From: Eledone cirrhosa
Lineage: Eukaryota
Assembly: GCA_964016885.1 (NCBI GenBank)
Contig: OZ024749.1
Span: 24,924,001-24,988,000, forward strand
Length of the DNA stretch: 64,000 nucleotides
Reading direction: 5' to 3'
Shown here: positions 14,400 to 26,755 of the stretch, piece after piece
Layout of the letters: every line of letters begins with the position of its first letter
Position numbering within the stretch: position 1 is the stretch's first letter
Translations under genes and position numbers: made by a program
The notes under the pieces: generated by a model
Database searches by the model: none
Seen by the model: only the letters and a program-made list of their open reading frames with translations
What the model was told of the DNA's origin: nothing

Positions 14400-14497
14400 T
14401 TTGTTATAGCTCTGGTTCATCTGAATCATTGAGCACTTGCCACACATCTCGGAGGTTGTTTTTCGTTGTTTCGTGGGCAGAAATGCGAATCAAATTG

Positions 14498-14500
<3 letters not shown>
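14400..14500. repeat. Short interspersed repeat; inverted homolog at about 51665-51765
   Basis: CTTGCCACACATCTCGGAGGTTGTTTTTCG versus CGAAAAACAACTTCCGAGATGTGTGGCAAG. Confidence 0.65.
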
Positions 14501-14559
<59 letters not shown>

Positions 14560-14561
<2 letters not shown>

Positions 14562-14751
14562 CGAAAGAGGTGTGGTAAGGTACCAGATGGACCATAACGC
14601 ACCAGAGTACTCAATACTTAGTGTAGTAGAGTGGGTAATAGGTAAATGTTTGATCCCGACGGCAGAGCTCAAGCCGTTTCAACGGCTATTTTCAGACGAA
14701 ATAGCCGTCGAAACCGCTTGATCTCTGCCGTCGGGGTGAAACATTGTTCTA
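14560..14751 (-). mobile_element. Family A hairpin element in (TA)n
   Basis: ~77-bp tail (AACGAAAGAGGTGTGG...GAGTGGGTA) followed by a hairpin ending ...CTATATA; six copies in the window. Confidence 0.8.
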
Positions 14752-15108
14752 TATATATATATATAAGTGTGGGGGAGAGTTGTATTTGTGTTTATGAGCA
14801 TACGTACTTTTGTGTATGTATGTGCGTCTTTGTGTGTATCAGAACGATGACCCATATTACTAACCTAAAATTTCAAACGTCAATCCTGCTTCGGCCTTGA
14901 GCTTCATGAAATAATTGGTCTCCAATTAATATTTAAAAGCACAGTATGATGAAGATCTAATATTTGTATGAGTTGGGCTGCTTATATCTAGGTTATAACT
15001 AAATACGTCTTACATGTTCGTACTTCATATTTAAAATATATTTTACCTTCAATTTCATTTATGTCAACACTTCCGTATGCAATGTGTGAAGAGAATGTTG
15101 TTTTAGGA

Positions 15109-15423
15109 CAGTGGTTCCCAACCTTTTGTGCCCCATGTTCCACCTCAACAAAGCAAACATTTTAATGCACCACTTTGATATAAAAACATTATAAAAGTGT
15201 GAATAAATTCGCGAATGGTTCATGTCAGATGCACAGTAAAATGTGTGGAGAGGAGTGGGGAGACAGTACTTTCCGACCATAATTTGTTCGAAATTTGCCT
15301 CCGTGTAAAATTAATTTGGAAAAATTTGAAGTTTGCTCTCAATAACATCATTTAAAAATTGCCCCAGTGTGTGTGTGGGTGGGTGGGGGGGGGGGGGGGA
15401 GTGCCCCATGTTGTGAAACAATG
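15109..15423. mobile_element. Degenerate hAT/Charlie-like MITE
   Basis: Left end CAGTGGTTCCCAACC; right end GTTGTGAAACAATG is a decayed inverted match; no clean TSD. Confidence 0.5.
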
Positions 15424-15681
15424 TTAAAATATGTTGCGGGAGAACTCCAAAATTTAGGTGTTCTCTCGCAACACAATTTAACATTAAAACATCTATTATT
15501 TGTATTGATAATATGATATTACAAATATGGTTAATGGTTCTTTCATTGGACTCAAACAAGAATGTGAATACCCCTCTCGTGTGAATGGGTCCATTGTTGT
15601 TGAAGTGTAATTGTTGCCGATGTATTACAATAGCTAATTTTGCTATTAACTTGTTTTTGTCATTTCTAGTGTTCATTACTC

Positions 15682-15682
<1 letters not shown>

Positions 15683-15752
<70 letters not shown>

Positions 15753-16103
15753 TCTCTCACTCACATACTCTCTTCTGCTGTATATATCTCTCTATTCCCC
15801 CTCTCTCTCTCTTTCTCTCTCTCTTTCTATCTTTCTCTCTCTATTTCTCTCTTTCTCTCTCTCTTTCTCTATCTCTCTTTCTCTGCCTGTCTCTCTTTAT
15901 CTCTCTCTCTCTCTCTATTTCTCTATATTTCTCTATATTTCACTCTCTTGGTCACACTCTCTCTCTTTCGCTCTCTCTTCCTCTATCTTTCTTTCTATCT
16001 ATCTATCTCTGCAAGCACTTCTCAATCCCCCTCCTTCGTATTGGAATGGCTTTCTGCACCAGATCCACCGATATTCAATGTTACTCTCACTATATCTATC
16101 GAA

Positions 16104-16158
<55 letters not shown>

Positions 16159-16206
16159 CCTCTCCCTATATCTCTCTCTATATCTCTCTCGCTCTCTCCC
16201 TCCCTG

Positions 16207-16262
<56 letters not shown>
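15683..16262. repeat. Polypyrimidine (CT)n/(CTAT)n compound microsatellite
   Basis: Direct inspection. Confidence 0.9.
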
Positions 16263-16264
<2 letters not shown>

Positions 16265-16689
16265 AGCACCTCTCACTACCAATCCTTCTCTCTTCCACCA
16301 ACTACCTCCTCGTTACTGTTGAAATGTCTCTCACTACAAGGCCCAGCAATTCTCAACGTGAAGAATCAGATGATTAATTCAATCGGTGTTCCTCATGTCA
16401 ACCGATATTATTACGTGCATGGCTCCAAGCTTGATACTGCTCTGTCAATTAATGTACTTGTTGATATAGTTAGAGTGCAGATGTCGTGGTCATATTGTTG
16501 AGTGTAGAAAAACCACATTATTCCATATTGCCAATGTTGATTGTTTCCCAATTAAATAGAGCGTATTGATACTTCAAATACAAAGTAAAACATTAGAACA
16601 CAGAACCCTTTCTGTACATTTCTAAAAAAGAAATACTGTTTGACTTTGCATACACACATACATACGCAACCACACTCATATGTTATATA

Positions 16690-16764
<75 letters not shown>

Positions 16765-16767
<3 letters not shown>

Positions 16768-17097
16768 GGAGGTGAGTTTTATTGTAGTACAATAAAGCAA
16801 TGCAGATATCGGATAAGAAGCACTCTACAGTTTGTGGGACTGGAGTATGCATAATATAAGATCAAAAGATGGTTAAAGGAGTTCCATATATTTTATTATG
16901 CGCATTTCAAAAACAAACATCATCAAGCAATAATATTTGTGTTTTCATCAGATAAAACAGGAGAACATGATATGAAGGCTAAAAAACACTTGTTGATAGT
17001 GCAGTTTTAAATCAACATATCATTGATGATGTTTGTTTTTGAAATGCGCATAATAAAATATATGGAACTCCTTTAACCATCTTTTGATCTTATATTA
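16765..17097 (-). mobile_element. Family B HHR fold-back element
   Basis: Tail 16765-16850, long arm 16851-17020, shortened inverted arm 17023-17097; homolog at 51211-51634. Confidence 0.85.
16891..16957 (-). ncRNA. Hammerhead ribozyme with long stem II
   Basis: TTTTAT-CTGATGA-AAACACAAATATTATT GCT TGATGATGTTTGTTTTT-GAAA-TGCGCA-TA-ATAAAA. Confidence 0.85.
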
Positions 17098-17470
17098 TAT
17101 ATATTTATATATATATATATATGTGTATGTATGTATATATGTATGTATGTATGTACATATATACTCTAAGGATAAGGAATAAGGATTCATTGTTGCATCA
17201 TAACATGTTTAATAACCTATTACATATGTTTCACTATAGATCAGCTCTCCGAATCATATAGCAAGCTTATCTGACCATCTTTCGATTACTACGTCAGGTT
17301 CGATCTATAATAGGTCTGGCCTAGAACTGATCGATAGTGAAATTTATGTAATATGTTTTTAAATATATAATGATTTAACGCTGAATCCTTGTTCTTTATC
17401 CTTATTGTATTATACTCTGCTTTGCTCGACTGGCATTCCGCATACGGCCGCAATCTTCTGGCAACATTAC

Positions 17471-17594
<124 letters not shown>

Positions 17595-17804
17595 GTGTGT
17601 GTGCGTGTGTGTGTGTGCGTATATATATATATATATTGTATATAGTTCCATGTGTTTATTTTAAATATATATGTCATTCGGCGTTTGATTTAATACTGAT
17701 AAATACTGGGATTTACTAATTGAAATCTTTGAGCTTATTCCACAGGCGGCATGGCACATACTTCTGATATTCTTAGACGTGGCATATTTAATCTAATGTT
17801 GGTA

Positions 17805-17887
<83 letters not shown>

Positions 17888-18025
17888 GATTGTAGAGAAG
17901 TGACACACGAGTTGATATATATAAATAAATAGTAAAAAAGGAAAAAAGCAATAGAAAATGCTAAAGGGATTTTCTCTCAAAATAATATCAAGACGTTTAT
18001 TTACAAATTAGGGTTTCCGCATTTA

Positions 18026-18065
18026 ATTGTACCGGTTTCAGGTCTTTATATGCTTTTTCAACGAT
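18026..18065 (-). ncRNA. Degenerate hammerhead motif with U3-A8 core
   Basis: ATCG-TTGAAAA-AGCATATAAAGACCT-GAAA-CCGG-TA-CAAT; stems I and II imperfect. Confidence 0.45.
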
Positions 18066-18248
18066 GGAATTGTATAATGCAGTTAAATTACATATTAATA
18101 AGAATAATAAGATTAAGGAAAAAAATTAGTTTTTACATACATATTTAGGTAGAAAAGTTCAGTAGTTTCTTTCTTTCTGTCTTAATGTTGACCTTAGTGT
18201 TACCTATATATATATGTATATATATATGAATGCATATATATATATATA

Positions 18249-18293
18249 GCTCTGACGAATCCTACGGTTACGTAAGGAAGAAACATTGTAAGC
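18249..18293 (+). ncRNA. Minimal hammerhead ribozyme in a ~95-bp island between (TA)n tracts
   Basis: GCT-CTGACGA-A-TCCTACG GTTA CGTAAGGA-A-GAAA-CATTG-TA-AGC. Confidence 0.75.
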
Positions 18294-18356
18294 CAATAAA
18301 AATCTTTTGATTTTGTAGACGCTCTTGTGTTCTTTATCATATATATATATGTATAT

Positions 18357-18543
18357 AAGGAAGGAGGTGTGGTAAGGAGCCATATGGACCATAACGCACC
18401 ATAGTACTCAATACGTAGGGTAGTAGAGTGGATAATAGGAAAATGTTTAACCCCGACGGCAGAGCTCAATCCGTTTTGACGGCTATTTCTTGTCCATAAA
18501 TAACCGGCATGAGCTCTGCCGTCGGGGTTAAACATTTTCCTAT
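18357..18543 (-). mobile_element. Family A hairpin element
   Basis: Same tail; arms ATAGGAAAATGTTTAACCCCGACGGCAGAGCTCA / TGAGCTCTGCCGTCGGGGTTAAACATTTTCCTAT. Confidence 0.8.
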
Positions 18544-18680
18544 ATATATATATATTTATATTTATATTTATATATGTGTATATGTATATGTATATATATA
18601 TATATGTGTATGTATGTATATATATATATATATATACCTATATGTATATATGTATATATGTATATGTATGTATATATATA

Positions 18681-18774
<94 letters not shown>

Positions 18775-18775
18775 C

Positions 18776-18834
<59 letters not shown>

Positions 18835-19135
18835 CGTGTGTATATATATATATATATATATGTGTGTGTATATATATATATGCATGCCTATATGTATGTA
18901 TGAATGCTTACATATATGAAAAATATATACATACATGCATTAAAACACATTCACGTATATCACCCCATATACTTGTATAGTTATATTGGAAGAAAAAGCT
19001 TATATTTTTTCAACTCCATTTTATTACCTATATTAATTATTACAAACACGACGTTAGCAATCTATACACGATCTAACCATAGAATAATATATTAACATAT
19101 TAATAAAACACACTATCGATTCAACAACGATAGTA

Positions 19136-19187
<52 letters not shown>

Positions 19188-19447
19188 TTTCTTTATTAAC
19201 CACAAGGGTTTACATAAAGTAGACATTAAGGACAGTGCAGGACAATGCAGGACGGTACAAATGGGCATTTCTGCGTGTAAAAAAACAAAAACAGAGGATG
19301 TAACAAAAATAACAATGAAAATAACAATGAAAAATTCCCCAATAGGGGGGAGACTTCGGAGGGACATTTGTGGAGAAAGCCCAGTAAAAAGCCACAATGA
19401 CCCTGACCACCAAGGCAAGTGCCCTCTCGCAGTTTTCCACCTTTAGT

Positions 19448-22400
19448 TTACAGATATATACTCAGAGTCGGCCCATTCACTCGGGCCATTCTTGCTTCTC
19501 TCACCCATCTTTCAACAAAATGCTGGGAAGAGAGCACTTCCTTCTCTACTCTGATTTTCCTTTTCAAATGAAATTTGAAAAAGTCAATCAGAGCATCACC
19601 GAAGAGGTAAGTGCTCGTCTAGGGCCCTTTCAAACGTGTCCACCATACTATCTCTTTCGCCATGGCCACCAGACAGATAAAAACTGCCTGCCCTTCCCGG
19701 CTAAAGGAGGAGGGCGGGGCAATCCTCACGATAGACTCAGATGATAGCTGGATCCGTCCTAAACGCGACAGCAGGTGTTCGACATAAATCCACAAGTCAG
19801 CAATTTTCGGACACTGGACGAGTGCGTGCAGGACGGTTTCGTCGCCCTGCGCGCATCTCGGACATGCCCGGCTGACGGCACCTCCATGCCTGTAGAGTTT
19901 ATCCCGAACTGGCAAGGCTCCTCGGTAGCACTGCCAGGCCAGAGATTTCTGGAAGTTGTCCATAGGCCCTGGCCCGAAAGTTCTTCCGAAGAGATTGGCT
20001 AGTTGATTTTCGTCGACGCCTAGAGTTTCCCCAAGTACGTCGTCGCTCTTCCCCTCCACTAATCCTCTATAGAACGCCGAGGTGGAGTTTCCACCGATCA
20101 CATTGCCCGATTGGTCGAGGGTTGTGAGCGCCTGAAGACATTCCAGTCTCCAGGCGCTCCCTCTCGGTCTTCGCTTGACCCAGGACTGCAGCTCCGTCAA
20201 GGAAACGAGCTGGGGAAAAACGCGTCTAGCAAACGGCGACCACACCTGATCACCGTCGAGGAAGAGGTGGAGATGTCGTAGCCTGAGCGCGTGCCTGCGC
20301 ATCATCAGCCACGGCATGCCCAGCCCTCCACGTAGCGGGTGTTGACAACAGATGGACCGCCTGACCATCGGAGCACGTCCCTTCCACAAAAAGCGAAAGA
20401 GCAAACGCTCCAGCGCAGTCAGGCGAGGCTTAGGACAAGGTACGACGGTTAGGCGGTAGCAGATGACAGACGCGATATACGCGTTAGCCACCTCCGCTCG
20501 ACCTTTCAGGGATAGCTTCCTCTCCGCCCATTTCTGGGTGAGAGAAGCCACCCTGCTCGTCACCTCGTCCCAGTTTTTGTCCGTCTGGAGGTCCGGACCG
20601 AACCAGACCCCTAGCAATTTAACCGGTCCGTCCGTCCAGCGCCCGACGACGCTGTTGGACGGCATGGACCTGCCTCTCCAGGTGCCGAGCTGCAGGCCCA
20701 CTGACTTTTCCTGGTTGATCATTGCTCCTGTCACCGCTTCGTATTCTCTTAGTGTAGTGCCGATCGCCTCGATGTGTTTGGCGTTCGACACCACTACGGT
20801 GACATCGTCCGCATGTGCTGACACGGATCTTCCGCATCCTAGTTCGCGCGGGACTCCCCTCAACGTCTCCAGTTTGTGCAGTAATGGCTCGAGAGTCAAT
20901 ACGTACAAGAGGGACGAGAGGGGACATCCTTGGCGGACCGAGCGCATGATGTTGAACGGTTCCGACAGGTGACCGTTCACTCTCACTACAGAGCAGATGT
21001 CGCTGTGCATGGCAGCGATCCAGCCTCTGAAGACGGGCCCAAAGCCAGCCGCCCTCAGGACTGCCGCTAGGTAACGATGGTCGACCCTATCGAAAGCTTT
21101 CGACTGATCTAAATTGATCAAGGACCCACCCGTGCCAGGTTCCCTAGCTACCCTCTCTACGATGTATCGCATGAGGTGGAGGTTGTCGTGGATGGATCTG
21201 TCGGGAATGGCGCATGTCTGCGCCTCTCCCACCAGACCACCAACGACAAGCGCCAACCTCTTTGCTAGCACCTTGGCCAAAATCTTAAACTCTGTGTTTA
21301 GCAGAGTTATGGGCCGGAAATTGTCTATGTTATCCCCCTTGTTCGGATCCTTTCTCAGCAGTGCCACCGCTCCTCGGCTCACAGAACTGGGAATTCTCCC
21401 GTTCTGTTGCCAGTTGCAGTAGACGTCCGCCAAGAGGCCTCCGAACAAGTCTGGCATCTGTACGTAAAGTTCATAGGGCAGACCATCCAAACCAGGCGAT
21501 TTACCCCTTGTGCAGCCAGTCATTGCCTCCCTTACTTCAGCGGCTGTTATCAGCTTTTCGCAACACTTCGCCTCAGTGGCCGAGAGCCGCGGCAGTCCGT
21601 CGAGGTAGACACTAAAGTCCATCCCTCTACCCGGCCCCCCGCTGCCCCCGAACAGCTGAGCGAAGTGTCGCTGAAAAGCTTCACACATTTGCCCGGGATC
21701 GAGTAGCATGCGCCCGTCGTGGTCCACCAAAGACCGGATCGTGGCTTTGTTGCCACGACGCGCCTCCGCCACTCGGGCCCATTGAACGGCTTTCGTCCCC
21801 TCGTGTCTGAGAGCACGCACCCTAGCTCTGACAACGCAGCCTTCGTGCTTTGCATTGAAGAATTGGTCAAGGGCCAATTTCGCCGCAAGCACGTCGGTCG
21901 CAATGTCTTTGCTAAGCGCCTCGTCTAATTTTCTAACTAGTTCTCCCTCTGCTCTATTTTTCTCTATTGCTAAAGCCTTACTAAACCTAATCGATTCTAT
22001 TCTAATCGCTCTTTTCAGAGCAAACCACCACTTGTTGTTGACGATGGCCCCCGTCAACGCCCGCTTAACTAGTTCGCTAATCCGGTCTCTGTAGGCCTTG
22101 CGCGCTGGTAAGGACGCGTTTAGCTTCCAGTAGCCGGGTCCTCGTCTATGAAGCCTATCTAAGTCAAGCACACAGATCACGAATTTGTGGTCCGTGTAGC
22201 TGACTATCTTGAATTGTGGACAGCCTATGCTAGACCTATCTATTTCCCTACAAAATACTCTATCTAGATATGATCTGGATGACCCTATGCGGTTTGTCCA
22301 AGTCCACATTGGCACATTCGGGAAATCCAATCGGTACCTGTCAGCCAGTTCAAAACGCCTGAGCAGGTTGGTGAGGCTCTTGCACCCTCCACCCCTATCC

Positions 22401-22867
22401 GCTAATCCCACACAGTCCCAGCGTGCATCTAAGATCCCGTTCCAGTCGCCCACTAACACTAAAGAGCGGGACGTTCCAAGAAAGGTCTCCAGACGCCGGA
22501 AGAAATCAGGCCGCCCTGCTCCTGTCGGGGCATAGACGGCCACTAGCCTGAAAGCTTGCCCGTCTCCGCTGGTCACGTCCAGCACCACCAGCTTACCCTC
22601 TGGGTCCAGGAAGATGGCCCGTATGGCGAGATCCAAACCTCTCCGAAAAAGCACAGCAACTCCTCCACCCGATCCAGGACGGCTGGGAGATGCGTACACA
22701 TCGTAGCCGCCGAAGATCGGTACGAAGGCCCGTGCTTCGGAGATTCTGGTCTCGCTGATGGCCACTACATCTATGTTTAGTGACCTGAGGTCGTTGAGCA
22801 GGTGACCCTGCTTCCATGACGACCCCAAGCCACGCGCATTTATGCTGCCTATTCTGAGTGAGGTCAT
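19448..22867 (-). CDS. Tx1-like ORF2: APE endonuclease + RT + CCHC (open to 19619; a frameshift near 19622 detaches the last ~58 codons)
   Basis: INARGL, ISETR, VYAP, VGDWN, YLDR and TDH APE motifs; GKSPGLDG, FRPITLLN, LDQSKAFDRV, RQGCPLS, HADD (Y>H); CPRC...ETVLHALVQC; the downstream frame matches the C-terminus of the other Tx1 copies. Confidence 0.9.
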
Positions 22868-22902
22868 GTTTAAAATAGAGTGGAAAAGATGGGAAAGACC
22901 AC

Positions 22903-24966
22903 TTACCGTACTTTTGGTAGAGGAGGGATGGTTTTTACATCCCTTTTCACTTGATCGTCTGGTGAAGGGACCGTTGAATCGTCCCTTCGGCTGGTCGTCG
23001 GCTCTTCTAAGAGAATGTCTGAGTATACTCTTCGATTGATGGTTCCTCCTAGGTCCCTGAAATCACCAACTGCGTTGGGGAATTTCGTTTTAATGTTTGT
23101 GTATTGTTTCTGTGCTATTTTTAGCAGTCTTATGTTAGTTGGCGTTTTGATTGGTGCTGGTATTATGTAGTCCTGTTGTGAAATGTCTGTGTGTTCAATT
23201 ATGTAAGTCATTAGTTTCTTGTTGTGTGTATTTATTGCCGTGCATTTGTTTTTCTGGGGGTGGGGTGTGGTTCTGCTATTTTCTTGTCGTTGTTGCTGGG
23301 TGTGTGTGTTTTGTTGTTGTGTTTGCGATGTTGGTGCTTGTGGTGGTGGTGTTGAAGGTGTTGTTGGCGGTGGGGTTGTCGCCGGTGGTGATGGTGGTGC
23401 TAGTGTGGGTGGTGATGGTGTTGGTGTTGTTTTTGCTGTGGGTCTCTTTGCAGTAGACTTTACCCTTTTCTCATTTCTTTCCTCCCTTTTCAAAGGCGAC
23501 GATGCGCTGCTTCTGCGTTTGTGCCTTCTTGCGACATTTTGCCATCCCTCTCCCACCTCACACTCCATGTCTGATTCTGTGAGGTCGGGGAGGGGTACCA
23601 GCTCCACTCTTTCACTTGTTGTTGTTGGTGATGTTTGCACTGGAGTCTCTGTTGCAGCTGCATTTAGTATTGCTGTTGTTGTTGTTAATATTTCCACTGC
23701 TGCTGCTGTTTTTGATTTCCGTGGCGTGGGTATGGGTGCCACGGACCTATCGTTCCTGGTTCCCGCTTGTCCTGTTGCTGGTAGCCGTGGAGCCGGATTC
23801 GGAAGGAGGGGGGTTTTCTCCTTTCTCAGGGTCTTCTCGTTGCAGAAGGCCCTGAGGTGAGTCTTCGATCCACAGCGAAAGCATTTCGGGCGTTTGCCCT
23901 CAACACTTATGGGCAGTTGATTGCCGTTATCGAAGTCTATCACATCCGGGATAGCTTCGATGCACTCCTGGTTGGTTTGTATTAGCATCTCAATGGAGGA
24001 GCCGACCCAATCTTCTCTTACTTTTTTCTGTACTTGCAGTACAGTTGTTTTGTCCTCGATTCCGATTAGGACAGACGCGGCCAGCCAAGAAGGGGTCATT
24101 CCGGGGGGGACGTGGGTCAGTTTGACCCTCACAATTTTTTGCCCGCAGTAGGAGGGCACCAACACCATTTCCTCGCTCCTTAGGGTCACTACTGATTGGG
24201 CCTTTGCCTCCTGGGGTGTGGCAAAAAGTACGTCTACGGTGGCATATTTTTTGCCTCGGGTGATGTGCGTTTTCCGCTGCCACACAGACCCCAAGGCTTT
24301 TTGTATTTGGGCCTCTGTGGCTCTTTCAACCCTACGGGATTTTGTACTTACTGTACGGTACGTGACCGTACAGTGCTCTTGGGTTTTGAAAAATTTTTCC
24401 GCTGCCTTGCAGATTGGTCGGTGTCCGTTCTTTGTCACCATCTTCTTCGCTTCCTCTAATTCCTCATTTGTTATGAGGATTGTTTCCAAGTTTTTCGCAA
24501 TACCTGCAAATGAGATTGGTTTTTCTCTGCTGTTGTTGTTGTCGTCAGAGCTGCTGGTACTTTTGTTGTTGCTGCAGGTACTACGACTACTGCCTCCGCC
24601 GCTGTTGCTGTGGTTGTTGTTGGTGTTGCTGCTGCTAATGCTGTTGTTGTTTATGCTGCTGGTGATGCTGTTGCGGCTGCTACTGTTGTTTTCATTGTCA
24701 CTGTTGCTGTTGTTATTACGGCTGCTACTGCTATTATTCCTGACGTCAGACGAATGAACTGGGTTTTCGTATTTCCCGCACACCTGTTTCGTCGCTGTCG
24801 TCGTGGAGAAACCTTGCACGCTTTGCACGAGACTTTTCTTTTCTTTCGTCACTTGCGAAAGAGAAGGGAGGGAGAGAGACAATCTTCTCTCTGTTGTAGT
24901 GATGATTGAGGAAGAAGAAGACGGAATGAGTGGGAGTGACGTATGAAATTTCTTTTTCGTAGCCAT
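22903..24966 (-). CDS. Tx1-like ORF1 (gag-like, CCHC zinc knuckle)
   Basis: 687-aa ORF immediately upstream of ORF2; CFRCGSKTHLRAFC; N/S-rich N-terminus, P/T-rich C-terminus. Confidence 0.88.
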   Translation of the reverse strand: MATKKKFHTSLPLIPSSSSSIITTTERRLSLSLPSLSQVTKEKKSLVQSVQGFSTTTATKQVCGKYENPVHSSDVRNNSSSSRNNNSNSDNENNSSSRNSITSSINNNSISSSNTNNNHSNSGGGSSRSTCSNNKSTSSSDDNNNSREKPISFAGIAKNLETILITNEELEEAKKMVTKNGHRPICKAAEKFFKTQEHCTVTYRTVSTKSRRVERATEAQIQKALGSVWQRKTHITRGKKYATVDVLFATPQEAKAQSVVTLRSEEMVLVPSYCGQKIVRVKLTHVPPGMTPSWLAASVLIGIEDKTTVLQVQKKVREDWVGSSIEMLIQTNQECIEAIPDVIDFDNGNQLPISVEGKRPKCFRCGSKTHLRAFCNEKTLRKEKTPLLPNPAPRLPATGQAGTRNDRSVAPIPTPRKSKTAAAVEILTTTTAILNAAATETPVQTSPTTTSERVELVPLPDLTESDMECEVGEGWQNVARRHKRRSSASSPLKREERNEKRVKSTAKRPTAKTTPTPSPPTLAPPSPPATTPPPTTPSTPPPQAPTSQTQQQNTHTQQQRQENSRTTPHPQKNKCTAINTHNKKLMTYIIEHTDISQQDYIIPAPIKTPTNIRLLKIAQKQYTNIKTKFPNAVGDFRDLGGTINRRVYSDILLEEPTTSRRDDSTVPSPDDQVKRDVKTIPPLPKVR

Positions 24967-25224
24967 GTTGTTTTTTGTTTAAAATGAAATTTTGGGTACA
25001 AAACACCAATAACTGGTTATTTAACCCCGAAGGGCCAAATAACGGACAGAAAGACCCCTCTCACGAGGAGGAGGGTGTCTTTATCAACAATTTGGTTCAA
25101 GTTTTAAACAATTTACAATTGTTTTAACGGTTAAAAATTACTATACCTTACAGAGCCGAGCCTCCGTCAACCATGGCATTCAATAATAATAATAATAATA
25201 ATAATAATGATAATAATAATAATA

Positions 25225-26710
25225 AAAAGTGAGAAGGAGTTGGATGTGCTTGTTGACACTGTCCGTATTTTCAGCAGTGATATATGTATGCAGTTTGGTA
25301 TTGGTAAATGTGGAGTCATTGTGATGAGGAGGGGTAGGTTGAGCAGAAGTAACGGGATCCAGATACCAACAGGTGAGATGATAAAGGAAATTGACTCTGA
25401 GGAAGGATACAAGTATTTGGGCGTTCTGGAGGCTGATGGCATAAAGAACAAAAAAATGAAGGAATTGTTAAGAACTGAATACATTCGGAGAGTAAGGAGC
25501 GTATTGAAGTCACATCTGAACAGCAGAAATGCCATAAGCGCAGTAAATTCCCGAGCTGTGTCTATTATTAGGTACAGTGCGGGAATTCTGAGATGGAATG
25601 TTGCTGAACAAAAAGAAATGGATAGGAAGACTAGGAAGCTATTGACTATCTACAACATGTTCCACAAGAGGAGTGATGTCGATAGACTCTACCTAAGGAG
25701 ATCTGAGGGTGGAAGAGGTCTTATCAGCATAGAGGACTGTGTTCAGATGGAGAAAAACAACCTATACAAATACGTGACCTATAGTAAGGAGCCAATGCTC
25801 AGAGCTGTACTGAAGGAGGGGACAGTAGGCCAGGGGATATCCAAGGAGGAAATAACATCAAGGAGGAAGAGCAGCTTTAAGGGAAAATCCCTTCATAGTA
25901 CCTTCTTTGAGAAAACTGAATTTAGAGATCCACAGACATGGAACTGGTTGAGAAGAGGAGACCTCAAAAAGGCTACAGAAGGAATGCTAATGGCTGCGCA
26001 GGAGCAGGCCCTCAAAACGAAGTGGTTGAAGCACCATATCTACAAGGAGGAGGCTAGCCCACTGTGCAGGATCTGTGGAGAGAGAGAGGAGACTGTGGCC
26101 CACATTGTGTCCGAGTGTAAACACCTAGCCCAGACCCACTATAAGGGCTGGAGACACGATGTGATGGGCAGGGTGATCCACTGGCACCTGTGCAAAGTAA
26201 ACAATCTACCACATTCTGAGAATGGTATGAGCATAGGCCAGAGGCGGTGATGGAGAACAGTCAGGTGAAGGTGCTGTGGGATTTTAGGATACAGACGGAC
26301 AAAAAACTGGAACACAATAGACCTGACCTGGTGGTTGTGGACAAAGAAAAAAGATCGTGCCTGATTGTGGATGTGGCCTGCCCGTTCGACACGAGAGTGC
26401 AAGAGAAGGAGAGGGATAAAATTAACCGATACCAGGACCTAAAGTGGGAGGTGAAAAGGATTTGGAACTGCCATGAAGTCAAAGTGATCCCGATTGTCAT
26501 AGGCGCACTGGGGACTATCTCCAAAGGTTTCCAGGGATGGTTAAAGAAAATCGGCCCCTTCACGCTTTTTGGAACGCTTCAAAAGGCATGCTTGCTTGGA
26601 ACGGCAAGAACCCTCCGATACGTCCTGAATATCTGAGGCTGCAGGTAGTGGCTTGATATTCAATCCAACGGACTTTCCAGTTAACCAACATCAATGACTG
26701 AGATTCAAGG
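25225..26710 (+). mobile_element. 5'-truncated Dong/R4-like RLE non-LTR retrotransposon in (TAA)n
   Basis: RT C-half (FSSDICMQFGIGKC, YKYLGV, RLYLRRSEGGRGL), CRIC..ETVAHIVSEC, RHD, frameshift near 26220, NRPDLVVVD...IVDVACP RLE motif; (TAA)n both sides. Confidence 0.9.
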
Positions 26711-26723
26711 AATAACAATAACA

Positions 26724-26754
<31 letters not shown>

Positions 26755-26755
26755 T

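Larger units (their letters stand above)
19186..25181 (-). mobile_element. Apparently full-length Tx1/L1-clade LINE inserted in an (AAT)n tract
   Basis: 5'UTR + ORF1 + ORF2 + 3'UTR ending CCTTGTGGTTAATAAAGAAATC(ATT)n; (AAT)n on both flanks. Confidence 0.92.

Noticed and set aside
16310-16501. Unique open stretch after the (CT)n tract
   Set aside because: No recognisable homology or convincing splice signals
19775-24909. Plus-strand ORFs overlapping the Tx1 element
   Set aside because: Antisense shadows of the Tx1 coding sequence
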